Shown here: in pieces, positions 37,013 through 49,400 of the stretch
How the letters are laid out: each line of letters starts with the position of its first letter
Position numbering within the stretch: position 1 is the first letter of the stretch
Assembly: GCA_000708835.1 (NCBI GenBank)
Contig: DF237246.1
Location: forward strand, 44,325-108,324
Direction: 5' to 3'
Source of the DNA: Klebsormidium nitens
Taxonomy: Eukaryota > Plantae > Klebsormidiophyceae
DNA: 64,000 bases
Position numbers and translations under genes: made by a program
The notes under the pieces: generated by a model
What the model saw: the letters and a program-made list of their open reading frames with translations, nothing else
Told to the model about the DNA's origin: nothing
Database searches by the model: none

Positions 37013-37899
37013 AGGGAAAAGAGCAGGTGCAGGCCTGGCAAGAGTTCAGAAAGACTCGAGGAGTTCACTCATCTCGTCTTTAACTTGAGGGAAGTACTAG
37101 ACAGAATTCGAAAAACAAAGTTTTGAAAGTGAAGTAGGGACGTACTAACCTAATTTCTCGAAGCTAGTGCGCACGAATCTGTCGGAAGTGTTTACAATGG
37201 ACATCACCGCAACTTCGTGTCGAACTCTGAAGAGGCTGTGATGGACGGAACTGATAACCTACTGGAAGCGCTTGTAGGACACTTTCAATTAAATCGTTGT
37301 GAAAACATGAATGAGTCACCAACCCGTCACCAAGGTTACCAGATGATCTGCAGTCCTGTACGTGCTTCGAATTTTGTGCGATTGATGCATGATGAATTGA
37401 GCACCAAGTTTGCCCCAAGTCTGCAAGCATGGAATCCGAGTGGGCTAAACGTATGCCGCTGGACACATTGAAATTTCCTAAATCACTTCCTTGTACGAGA
37501 CTCCAAGCTTGTCAGGACGACAGTATGAATGCTTTTTAAAATATCGATGTTCCGCCAGTCCGCTTGATGCTGCCATGGCCTCAGTGACAGCCCGCCGTTC
37601 GAGTCCTCCCACGACTCAGATCAATAGCTATTCGATCGTGCACAAAGACGACGGCCGAGACTTGATATTGCGTCTTGTCGCACAGAGCAGCGGCGCCCTC
37701 TCTGATGCAGGATCGCCGGATTGCGGCAACCCAATACGCCTGGCAGATAGGCCGGAGGCGATGATCACCTCAATTACCTGCTGACAAACTTGATTCACCC
37801 TCCTTTACAACGTCGGATGTCATAAGAGAAAAAAGCTGATTGATATACCTACCTCCGCAGCGTCGTGGGCCAACCGTGGCCGCCTGTGCAGATTGACTC

Positions 37900-38030
37900 A
37901 AGTCACTGAGTCAGCGCGCCGGCCGCCGCGCGCGCGCTTTAGTAGAAGTGCGGTGCGCTAAACCCCGGCCCTGGCGCGCGCGTGACCTGCCGGCTGCGCC
38001 GCGCCGTGCGCAAGCTAGGCCACCAGATCG
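37900..38030. promoter_or_regulatory. GC/CpG-rich promoter-like island upstream of ORF 38167
   Basis: GGCCGCCGCGCGCGCGC and similar CG-dense runs ~140-270 nt before ATG 38167. Confidence 0.45.
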
Positions 38031-38166
38031 ACGATTCGATCATGTACGTAACCTCAATCAGAGTCACAATTTTTGAAGAAAGGGGTCGGATGTGAACTTG
38101 GGCATGCCATGCTGAAGCTTTGTTAGGCCTTTACTACATACAAAAGCGGAGCAGACGAGAAATAAT

Positions 38167-38979
38167 ATGGCTAGCGCCTTGCCGGCGCAAAGGAGCTTTT
38201 ACCGGCAGCATGTCACCAGGTCATGTTGCTCCAATCATCCGGTGTCTTTTTCACCGAAATTCACATGCAGCAACCTCTGCGTTGCCCTTCTGGCACCTAA
38301 ATCAAAGTACGTCCTGTCACGGTGTAAGTCATTGAACGACTTCAGACTGCTTCAGATCACTCCCAGCCTGCAGAGAGTACAGCATACTAAGCCTAATGTT
38401 CAGCGAAAGAGTCCAACGATAACGGCGCAGGCTTTGGAAGAGTCCAGTGATGATGCTCATTTGAGCATGCGCAGAGCTTTATCTGCTGTCACCTGTGAAA
38501 TGAAAGGCAACCAGCTCGGTTGGGTTGCTTTCGAAAGTAGTCCGGAGGTTGGCGACGCGGCAAAACGCTGGCTTGGTTTGGACGGTTCCTGCGATTGGAA
38601 GACCGCTTGTAAAAAGCAATGTAAGGAGCTCGGAATCAACTTCAAGACGGTCAGGCACCATCTTGCACGGACAACTGAGATCGCTCAATCTATTGGAGAT
38701 GGGGGAACAGCGTTTTGTTACGGGGCTGTCCACAGGTTTCAGGAACACGACATCAAGCATGCATTGCTCCTCCTGCGTCCCGTGAAGCTGACGGCAGCCA
38801 ACAAAGAAAAGGCAAGTGCCATAGAGTGCTGCAAAAATGTGGTCGAGGATTTTCAAATATTTGTAGCCATGGTCGAATCTTGTCAACGGTTTCTCAGCTT
38901 CCTTGAACAGGACTTCTGGCGTGGAAAATATTCTTGTTTGGTCCAACTTGTTCAGATTGGCGGATCAGCAGGGCACTAG
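38167..38979 (+). CDS. 270-aa ORF with transit-peptide-like N-terminus and an unrecognised domain; possibly exon 1 of the downstream oxygenase
   Basis: ATG-to-TAG ORF directly after a promoter island. The first 57 residues are S/R/C-rich and contain no D/E. Confidence 0.55.
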   Translation: MASALPAQRSFYRQHVTRSCCSNHPVSFSPKFTCSNLCVALLAPKSKYVLSRCKSLNDFRLLQITPSLQRVQHTKPNVQRKSPTITAQALEESSDDAHLSMRRALSAVTCEMKGNQLGWVAFESSPEVGDAAKRWLGLDGSCDWKTACKKQCKELGINFKTVRHHLARTTEIAQSIGDGGTAFCYGAVHRFQEHDIKHALLLLRPVKLTAANKEKASAIECCKNVVEDFQIFVAMVESCQRFLSFLEQDFWRGKYSCLVQLVQIGGSAGH

Positions 38980-39306
38980 TAGTGATCTTCAAAAAGCCGA
39001 ACGTGAAGTTGCCGGGTTAAAGTTGCCGGTTTAGAACTTCCACACGATTGAAGGAAGTCCCCGCATCATTTACAGGGAGAGAAGCCAAAACATTTGCAGT
39101 CACCTTTATTTTCTTGCATGACATCTTCACAAGGATAGACACGAGATCTTTCTTGTCTTTGGTGTAACCTGCTAGATTGGGTTTTAAGCCGTTATGTTAA
39201 AGTAAACTTGAGCTTGCAGATCTTCAAAGACTGCGTCCAGAGAGGTCAGATGCTCAAGCGTTCAAAACTGCCTCAGCTAATCAACTTGCTTATTCTTTCT
39301 TGGCAG

Positions 39307-42227
39307 TTCAATGACATTGACGAAGGGCGTTCCGTCCTGACAAGCCTCGCCGATCTGAACATGGATTCTGTTCTGTCTGTCTGCTCCCCTGCTCCATATG
39401 GAGACCTTCTGACCGAGTCCACCAAGCTGGACCCAACCGTTAGAAGGGCTTTGGAAGCAGGCTGTGACGTCAAGCTGAACTAGACTGGTACACGAGTTGC
39501 TCAGATTCCGAGAGAAGAGACATTTCCACAGGTAACGATATGATCATGATAACGGATCAAGTAGGCTCCCAACCAAGCTGAATGCGCCTGGACTAACATG
39601 AAGCGTCAAACCCCGCATGACAAGAGATCTCCCCTTAGCTGCTCAAGCATCAAAAGCCCTGACATGGTATGATGCCTCAAGAGGTGTTTGAACTCCTTGC
39701 GTCCGCATCAAGCGTTTGAAGCCGCGTCACACTATTGATTTTGCAATTTTGGACGTCAATCACTTGAAATGCTGCCAGCAAGTGACTGATACCTCCGGAT
39801 TTCCACCAGTAAGGGAACATATACTTGCACATGTGTCTCGATTGCAGCCTGTCTTCGAGCATCAACTCCTGCAAGCGGTAAAGAAGCATCTCGTTCACGG
39901 TCAGGCGGTCCGACTTGTGCCGTACAAGTTGAACATCTACGGTAAGCAGACCCCAAGAGATCTGTCATCCGTGAAGCCGTCGTCTAATCTGCAAGCTTCC
40001 AATACTTTCCAAGGAAGAGTCTAGAGTCACGTTGTAACGCCTCAACAGACTTCGCAAATCCTCCTCAAATTAGTCATTTTGAGTAGTAGGTGATTGGAGT
40101 GGGATTGCCATACGACTACGAAGTGATGAAGCTGCCGCCTCTTCTTATCAACCTAGAGACCGATCAGATTGCTATGCGAAATAACAAAAACGTGAGCATG
40201 ACCAACGCTAGCAGCGTTTTTCCTTCCCAGGAGAAGGCGACTTCTTCAAGCCCCACAAGGACACCCCCGTGAACCCGCAGCACTTCATTGGCACGGTCGT
40301 GGTGTGCCTTCCGTCCAAGTTCTCTGGTGGCGAGTTGCTGGTATCACACGGCAGTACCTGCCAGACCTTCGATTTCGCCGAGCACTCCGGAAAACCTGGG
40401 GTGTATCAGTTTGCCGCCTTTTATGGCGACTGCCTTCACGAGATCAAGCCAGTCACGGAAGGTCGCAGGGTGACCCTCACCTATCACATCTTGCGCACGG
40501 AAACGATCAGCGAGCCCGATGCAAACGACCAGAAGATTTATTGGCCCCTAGACCTCGGACAGGTAAATTTGAGGCTAGAGAATACATTTAAGCAAACGCA
40601 GCCATTAGGATTGCCACTTTGACCAACCATAAGGCCTCCTAAAGAGCGCAGATTCCAATACCTTCGCTGTTGGCTACCAGCCATTGTCACAAAGCATTCA
40701 CGACATGATGCTCATCGTCTCTAGCTTTGCTAATATCAGCAAGCAGCTTGCCTGTCGAGTTTCTAATTTCCCTGGGATTCAGAATCCAAAATTTCCCGCA
40801 GTCATCTCCTCAGTTCCCACAGCACCCGGATCGGACGTCGCGAGAAATTCTGAGCTTTGATGCCGATCGTGCTGCCTTGCAGATGAGAGCGTTTCCGCTG
40901 GCCAGACTGCCAAAGGGGGGCCCCGTTCCTCAACACTTGCAGAAAGCGTTGAAAGCGCAACTGTCTGCGCTGTCCGGAATTGGTTATCCGTACGTCGGTT
41001 TCATCCTTCAGCACGAGTACACACGGAGCGGACTGGTGCCAGAGGTAAGCTGATCTCCCCAGGATTGGCGCTCTTCTCCCCTTGTAATACGGCGCTTCTA
41101 GTGTGCAGTTTAACAAGGAAGCGTACTTGATTGGCAGGTTGAGAATGCCTGCCAGACAATCTAGTCCAAAGCTGTGGCGTTCCCTCAAGCTTCCGCGTTC
41201 AGTGCCTGAATGAGTGAATTAATCATGTAAGCAACTTTTGACTTCCAGCTCGCGTTTTTCCGAGCGCACAAGGTTCATGTAACCGGCCGTACTAACATTC
41301 ACGGAGAAGGGCTTCGCTTATGTGAAGCATCGCAACGCCTGGTGCCTAATGCGGCTCCAACTCGTAGCATGGGACCTCGGAAACGGACCTTCTGATCGAC
41401 CGTAGAACGTCTCGTAATGGCAGAGCCGATCGTCAGGTAAGCTCTTGCCGTGAAACCGCACACCTTAACTTCTTGCAGGGGCTGAAAGGGGGCGACAAGG
41501 TTTTCTTTGACCTTCTCCGAGAAATCGGATGGTCCCTGCGTCTCTTGCCTGTCCTGGTGGTCGAGGAGCAGCGCCAAAGCGAAGGATACCAGAGTCACAC
41601 CCAGGACGTATTTTCCTTCACGAAGCAAGACTTTGAGTTCTTGAACGTAAGGACCACTTTCTGATGTTCACGGCAACGCCTACTGTAACCGCTTCCTTTC
41701 CGCAACGATAGGACAATGTCTTCGACTTTGACGCCGGGTCCCACACCGCCTTCATAGAGAAGATACGTCCAAACTTTATGTTGCTCTGTCAGGAGTCGCA
41801 AACGTTGAGCACTCTTCCAATATTCTGCCGTTTGCAAGACCGTCTTTGCTTAGGAAAACTAAAAATAAGAATTATACATGTAGGCAGGAAATGTGGGCGC
41901 TGGCAAAGCATCAGGAAGTCTCTCTAATGCAGTCGTGGAAAGATTCAAGAGATGAGCTCCAAATGCCAAGATCGCGTATGATTCGCGGCCCTTGTTTTTG
42001 GAGCTCTTCATTTACATCTTCTGTCACGTTGAAACGCCGAATTCCTGCAGGGGAAGGAAGACGCAGAGTTCGATCATGGATACAAAGACGAGATTCCATT
42101 CATCTGGTATGGCGAAGAAGGAAAGGTCCTAGAACAGGATTCGACTTTGGGATGCTATGAGGGGAATTACTATGAGCCGACTAGAGAGGCATTGTCTACT
42201 TACAGTCTGGCATCATCGTTGATCTAG
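39307..42227 (+). CDS. 2-oxoglutarate/Fe(II)-dependent dioxygenase (prolyl-4-hydroxylase-like, 2OG-FeII_Oxy_3 type); 5' end uncertain
   Basis: Exons ~39307-39470, ~39779-39941, 40231-40562, 40883-41044, 41479-41646, 42051-42227. Motifs: CSPAPYG...LDPTVRRAL, RLVPYKLNIYGEGDFFKPHKDTP (HxD), GTVVVCLPSKFSGGELLVSH, AAFYGDCLHEIKPVTEGRRVTLTY (distal H and 2OG-binding R), GFILQHEY...LKGGD. Confidence 0.88.
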
Positions 42228-43439
42228 ACCACAAGTTCTAGCGCGTTCCGTAGCCTGCCGTCATAAGAGAAGGGAATACAAGCCCTGCAAGCGTTTCGTC
42301 AGGAAAACGAAGCACGCAACTGTTCATGCGTGTTCATGGTGCTGTTCAGCTTATCTTAAGGTAGTACCCAGCTGGCAACGTCCACTATGAGCACATTGAA
42401 TCACGCAGTTGACGGCCTTTCTGTTGTTCGTCCCATGGTAAAGTTATTCATGAGGGCAGCTCTGCTTGCATGACACAAGAAACCGTTAAGCATGACCTCA
42501 ATTGAAATCCGATGGCTACATTACAAGACGGGAAGTAACCTCACAAACACCAAAAGCTCCTCGAGTAGTGCTCATGCAGATTAGGTCCGGATCGGGACTC
42601 GCCAGCGACAGTTCAATGCATCATCATGACCTTTTGTTATTGATTGTCATGATGGCTACATCGGCTCAGATAGTCTGAGTGCGAGTGTGTTTAGCGCGGA
42701 CTCAGGAGCTCTAAGAAGGAATTTACAACGGGAAGCTTATCACGCAAATTCCAAACCCTGACCAGCTGCTCCTCACGCACGTGTGCCTAGGAGCATGCAG
42801 GCTTTCCGATCGACTTGGGTCCAACACTAGCTGGTAACTGACGCGACGCTCTGCAATGTAAGCTCATGGTGCTTATACAAAACCATTGGTTGCACCTACA
42901 CCTCTGAGTCTAAGTTGGAGGCGTTTCCTTGGTCGGGGATCATGCATAATTACTTTCTGTGTCGAAAATACTTACTAAGAGTTGGCATCTCGCGAAGCGT
43001 CAAATCACACGTTCATTACTTACATTCGTGTGCAAGCTTGGTGCTCGAGGCATGACTGGCAACACAGCTACTTGAACGGTATGCACCAGAGCTCCTGCGA
43101 GCCAGCCCTTTGATATCCTTATGAGGAATGGGAAGTACCGCACACAACAAGCTGACGGCACCAGTGGTACATTCTACATCGATGTCAGTCTATCTAGCGA
43201 AGCGAATGACATGGTGTCTGCTGAAAAGAACGCTCAATCCTAGTTTCTAGTCGGCTTGGCTGAGGACTTTGATTGAGCGCAATCGACTGACATATGGTTC
43301 ATGCGCTGCTATGCTTTTTGCAGCAATCTCTATTCGCCGTTCCCATAGGCCTAGCATAAGCGAATGCTAGAAACTGAAAATACTCTCAACTTGAACAACT
43401 CAGTACCTGATTCGCAAGCGAGCTGCTACCACCCACTTT

Positions 43440-46400
43440 CTACCGTTTTCCGCCCCTGGCTACCTTTCGCGCTTCCCGCGCATTCCGTCGCTCTCGCCGT
43501 TCCTTGTTCTCCATCCGCATCGCAAACCCTTCCTTCGGCAGGACAGATTTCGGTTGTTGCTTCTGCAGGTTGTCTTTCCGCATGGCGCTCCGCTTGGGCG
43601 CCTTTCCCCTTTTGAAAATGGCTAACACCTCCATACTGCAAGAGATGTATGGTCGAGTGACTTTGAATAGAGTCAGCTACACAAATCTGTGGGCGGCTTT
43701 AGATCGCAGATATCTGCGAGCGCCTGATTACACTTTGGGCGTGCAGGCAAGCGGACTCCACTCATTAGCGCACGGCAAGCTGGTGATCGGACTGCTCCAG
43801 GTTTTTGTAGACCAGCAAATGCTTTTCTCTTCTTCGTACTCTCCAGCAGCGCAGGGAGGGCAAAACTGCCGTAAAAGTCCAGTATCCGAATTGACAAGAT
43901 CCCAATACCAGAATTATCCGAGACCGTGCAAGTTAGATGCTTCCATGCCCGTAAGGAATTTGCTGCAAACTCTGCCAAGAGGCATTGCAATGGCTGATCA
44001 TTTGTGAAAAAGTGCGCTGTGCTTTTGGTGCACTAAGCGCCTCGCGCCCTCCATATTGCAGACTCGCCAAACCGCGGCCCAACTCAAAGAGGCCGTGACG
44101 CAAATTCTGCGAAGCATGCCCGCTAGTTCCCAGGAGTGAGCGTACCTGTCCGTTCCCGGAAAGAACTGGTATCCGCACGCTGACTCCAGGTGCCACTGCC
44201 GGCTTTCGACGAGATCTTCACAGTCCCGCTTGAACGCCTGCCATCCGCAGCTAACGTAGATCAGCGTGTCCGGCCAAAGAATGTCCGCGCTTTCTTCCTC
44301 CTCGAGTTGTTCGGACGGCTGCCCCTCCCTGAGTACGGTGCCTTTCCTCCCCCGGAGGATCCAAGGCCGTTTCTCCTCCCTGTCGGGGGGTGGGCGAGGG
44401 GCGAGAGTTGGGGGGGGGGCGCAGAGGGCGTCGATGAGGGGGGGCTCCAGACCTTTCCGGGGGGGGTCCACGATGATGGTGTCGGAGCCTTTGAAGTACT
44501 TAGAGGGGGACTGCAGACACGCAGGGTCACGTCAATGGCCAAAGAATCGAAGCCCAAAGCAGACCCGACACTGAAGAATGTTAAGCACTGTCGATAGGAC
44601 AACGAGATGCCTTGCGTCGGCTACCTATAAACTCCTGAAACATTTGAATAGGGATTGAATAGAGATCTTGCAAAAAAAGGACCCGGAAAGCTGAACGTGC
44701 GACAGCCATCTTCAGCTTTCTTGTACGCTCGGACCATTCTAGAAACGTCAGGCGCGCCACAGCCGACGAGCCTTCCGCGCAAAAGCAACCTGCCGGAGTT
44801 TCCTATACCTTGCGGCCTGCGACCCTAGGCGAACGCGGCAGAGGAAAAAGGACAACCGAACTGGCTGGTTGGCAAATGTGTGCACCCATTACCGATTATA
44901 ACGGGCGCCGATTATAACGGGCGCAAACCTCAAAAGGCTGCCAGCCTCGCTTGTCAACTGCGACTCTCGACCGCATCCTACACCAGAAAATTAGATGCAC
45001 CGTAGTATGCTTGAAGCAGGTAAGCAAATCGAAATCGAGAGTCCGGAACGCTTACGTCGGCTGCATCAGCACAGACCCAGCTGATCTCAGTGGCCACGCT
45101 GGCGGGCAGCCGGGCAAGCGACTGCTGGAAGGGAGCTTTGGAGGCGGCGTTCACCTCCACGCACCGGACGTGCCTGCGGGAACAGAAACAGATATGAATA
45201 TCTGTGTACACTCTTTTCCCGGAAGCGCAATTCCAAAATGCTACCGGAACGGGATTTGACTTGAAAAGACCAGGGGGCCCAAGTTACATTCCAAGGCGTC
45301 GGGAGTCGCCAGACCCGGATGGCTGCGCTAACACAAGTAGGTAGGGAGAACGTAAGTAAATGAACGTGTGAACAACAAAATCCAGCGGCCTCTGAAAAGG
45401 CGACGCTCCAGCGACAGCCTCTCCGAGAACCATCTTCTCATGAGAATCGAGCAGAGGCCACGCGAAGCAAAATGTACGACCAGGCAAGAGTCGCTCATGA
45501 CTTAAAACGGACACACCGGGTCCAAAAGCCCGGACAATGAAACCCAGGAAAGCAAGAAAACACCGTCAAGAAAGCGCATCAGGGGGCGTACTTGCACTGA
45601 CGGGTTGCCGCCACGCTCAGCCCAATAGCGCCGGCTCCCGCATAGAGCTCGGTGACACTGCTCCCCTTCTTGACGGCTTTCTGGAGCTTCAGCAGCAGCC
45701 GGTCGAACATCTGCAGGGGAACTCCCAACAGAGTCAAATCGCCGGTAAGAAAGCTCGGGAGCGAAGGGGCTGCTCAGATTTTGCGATCGAAGAATCTCTT
45801 ACAACGTCGATTCTGAAAGTGAATGAACTGGACTCAGTTTCTTGATACAGTGCAAAGCCACAACTAATAACCGACAGCTTTTGCCTTCAATGTGATGACT
45901 GCATCACGAATCGACCATTCGTGAGAGTTCTTTTGATTGACCACCACGAGTGATACAAGCTCCTACTAAAAGACGCAATCTCCATTCTCACCGGTCCTCG
46001 CTAATCCTGGACATGATGTTGGGACAAATTGGGGCGACGAAATAGGATTCTACAACTTTTCTGCTGAGCTGGGGATGATCATCCACATGCAACATCGTAT
46101 CACTTGCGCGCTTTCGTTTTCAACAGTTTGGCTAGAATTTTTCTTGCCTGTCAGTCTACAGCAAAGACTCCTCTCTGCACTTGCAGGCCACCAACAGTGT
46201 CCTAGTCATTCTTTTCGATAGGAGCCTCGAACACAACCTGCAAATCCGAGGAACTCTTGCATTTCAAGGTGTTGATGCACGTATCACCTGAAGGTTCGCC
46301 TGCCCAAATGACGCAGGCGTAAATGCTAGGTCCACCCCTCCAAGCCGCTCCCACACCTCCGGATCTCCGTGCATGTGCCGCCACCTGTTTCCGAGAATGA

Positions 46401-49400
46401 TGTTGCTCCGCGTCGTCTGGTAGTTGGCCCACACCGAGTGAAGCACCGCATCGGGGCTACGACCACCCCCGAACCGCCACAGCGTCTGTGAAGGAAGATG
46501 GGATAGGTTGGAGCTCTTTCCAGATGACTGTTGTATGGCCTGACTCCAGCGTCTGTACAGGATGATCTGCCGTTCGGGCACTCTACCACGACTCACCATA
46601 TTCAGCGCAAAAGTTCTACGAAAACAGAGAAAAGTGGAAGATTTGAAAGGCAACTGTCTCCGGTCCGACTCGCAGGCGTGCTGCCTTGGTAAGATCAACA
46701 GAGCTTAGGCACGTCTGACGGACGGGTACCCGTTCGTGTTGCGGCTTGCAGGATTGAATAGACATGTTTCCAAGCGGGCAGGCTCGCAGATACAGAGTGC
46801 AAACAGGCAGACCTTATCTGTGTGTAAGAGTGCATCAAAGACACTGGCTTCCATTTCGGCGAACTCGGCGAGCCGCTCCGCAGCGGGCACGTTCCCGCCG
46901 CGCTTAATCAACGAAACAAAGCAAGCCTTGAAAAGTACGCATAGCACTTCATAAACACAACATATCCGCAGCCCACTTCGGCAAACTCCGGGAGCAGCTC
47001 CGCGGCCGGCGCCTTCTCGTCGCACGCGTTCCACACGAGCGACAGCTGGACCTTGGCGCGCGGATAGCGTTCGCCGACGGGAATGGCCGTGTCGTGCTGG
47101 GTCGTCACCACCGCCTGGATGTACCGCAACTCGCCCTCGCCCGTCTCCTCGTCGTACGGCATAATCTGGAGCTTGACCATGACGTCTTTCACGAGGTCGA
47201 CCGCCGCGTTGATGGCCGGGTGGTGGGCCCTGATCATATGACGAGCAAAAACGAGTATTGGGTTTCGGATCTCGAAGAGAATTTGGAAGTATCTTCATCG
47301 TATGGCACTATCTGGAGCTTGACCATACCGTCTCTCACGAGGTCGACGGCGGCGTTGATGGCCGGGTGGTGTGCCCTGGACGAGTGTCAGACAGACCAGG
47401 ATTTGAGCACTTGAGAAAGGTTTTAGGAGGCAATCTCGGGGAGAGCGTATCTTCATCGTGCGGCAAAAGCTGGAGCTTGACCATGACGTCCTTGACGAGG
47501 TCGACCGCTGCGTCGATGGCCGGGTTGTGGGCTCTGATCACGTAACGAGCAAGAACATGTATTTAGATTCAAATTCAGAGAATATGAGGAAGCAAGAGTC
47601 TCCTCGTCGTACGGCATGATCTGGAGCTTGACCATGACGTCTTTGACGAGATCGACAGCGGCATTTCTGGCCGGGTGGTGCCCTGGACGGGTTTCAGAAA
47701 AAGCAGGATGTGAGCACTTGAGAAAGGTTTCAGGAGGCACATTTCAGGGAGAGCGTATCCTCATCATACGGCAAAAGCTGGAGCTTGACCATGATTTCGT
47801 TGCAAGGTCAACGGCAGCATTGATGGCCGGGTGGTGGCCCCTGATAACTTGATGAGTAGAGAAGAGATAACATTGTGAGCAGTTGCAGGCAATGACAGGA
47901 ACCAAAATTTCTGACGACCGACTCTTCGCCGTGAGGCATGATCAGGAGGACCATGACACCTTTCGCGAGGTCGACAGCGGCGTTGACGGCCGGGTGGTGC
48001 GCCCTGGATAGGTTTGCTACATTTATAACTTTAGCGGTTGAGGTTTTCGGAAGGCATTTTGGGGACACCGTTTACTCGTTGAGCGGCATGATTTGCGAAC
48101 TTGACAATCATTGCTTTGACGAAGTCAACGCGGCATTGCTTGGATTGAATCCTGATCAGTGTGCGCTTTGTAATGACTGAAGCGGGGCACTTGATTAGTA
48201 CAAGTGTTCTCATTGTTCTGCGGGTTTTCGGGGTCTGACCATGAGTTCTTAACGAAGTTGACAATGGCATTGTGCGGCAGGAATCTGGAGGGTGGAGGTG
48301 AGAGTGTTCGTACGCTTCTGAGCCCCTTCTGAGACCAGCGCCACAACTATGCCTATTGGCAGAAAGGAGCCACAGCTCAACCAAGCAAACATAATCGGGT
48401 GTAGATTCCAAAGCCCAAGCACAATCCGTCAACTTTAGTATGGACGGGTGCACTCACCGGCAGTTTGGTATGTCCGTGACTGCGTGACTGCCCTCCTGAT
48501 ACAGCCCAATCTGCGGGTTTCCGACCGTGCCCCGGACAGCCAGCCGGGCGCGACACCGCCACCCCCACTGCGCATTAGCATCACAAAAACCGGTTCACTC
48601 GATATACCAGGCAGAATGCGCTCCTTCAGCTCTTGTTCTGCCATCTCTTCCTGGAATCGTGTTGCGCCACTCGCTTCCGCGAGTTCACTCAACCTATCAG
48701 AGATGCAATTCTTTATTCTCGAGAAAGGTTGGCGCAAAGGACTCTTCTGAGTGCAACAAAACAAGTGAACTACCGTCGTACTTTTTGTTCACGCTGCGTC
48801 TTCTGACATGTGTCCCACGTCCAGCAGTAGCAACTTACAATGTCCCCAGTGTCGAGCTGAAACTCCCGCACTCCATGCCGCCCGAAGAACCGAGTAGCAT
48901 CGGTTAGGACAGGGGGCTTGTCAAGACCGATGTCTAGGACACAGCCAGAACACCTGCAGAACAACAACGCCGGTCGGTGATTTGAGATTATGTTTTCTTT
49001 TCTTCAAATGGACAGCATCGCCCGTCATGCGCTCTGGAAAGACGCCTCATCAAAGCTCCTAAGCGAATCTACCCTGTATGCAGTGCATTTTTAAGGTTAG
49101 CGGTTGCTCTTGCCGCTCTGTAGTGCTCCTCAAGGAGCGACTGTCTCGTCTGTCCAAAGAAAAGTAGCTTCGGATGGTGAACAGGATGCAGGACATCGTC
49201 TTAACAGGTCACGGACCTATGTACAGTACTTGAATCTGCTTCTGATGAGCGAAAGAACATCATAAGGATGCCCTCACCTTTCGAAGTGCTGACAGTCAAG
49301 CACAGTGTTCGCCGGAGCTGCCCCGCTCGGGCCGTCTCTGATTGCGTCCTCGACCTTAGATTCTTTCTCCCCAGACTGCACCACCCCCTCATCATTTGAC

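Noticed and set aside
47145-48290. CRISPR-like repeat-spacer appearance of the array
   Set aside because: The repeats are ~88-nt copies of a coding exon head, the spacers are related to one another, the context is a eukaryotic intron, and there are no cas genes.
47145-48290. Canonical mutually exclusive exon cluster (Dscam-like)
   Set aside because: The copies are truncated without proper donors, several are frameshifted, and the functional exon has no internal acceptor at which they could rejoin.
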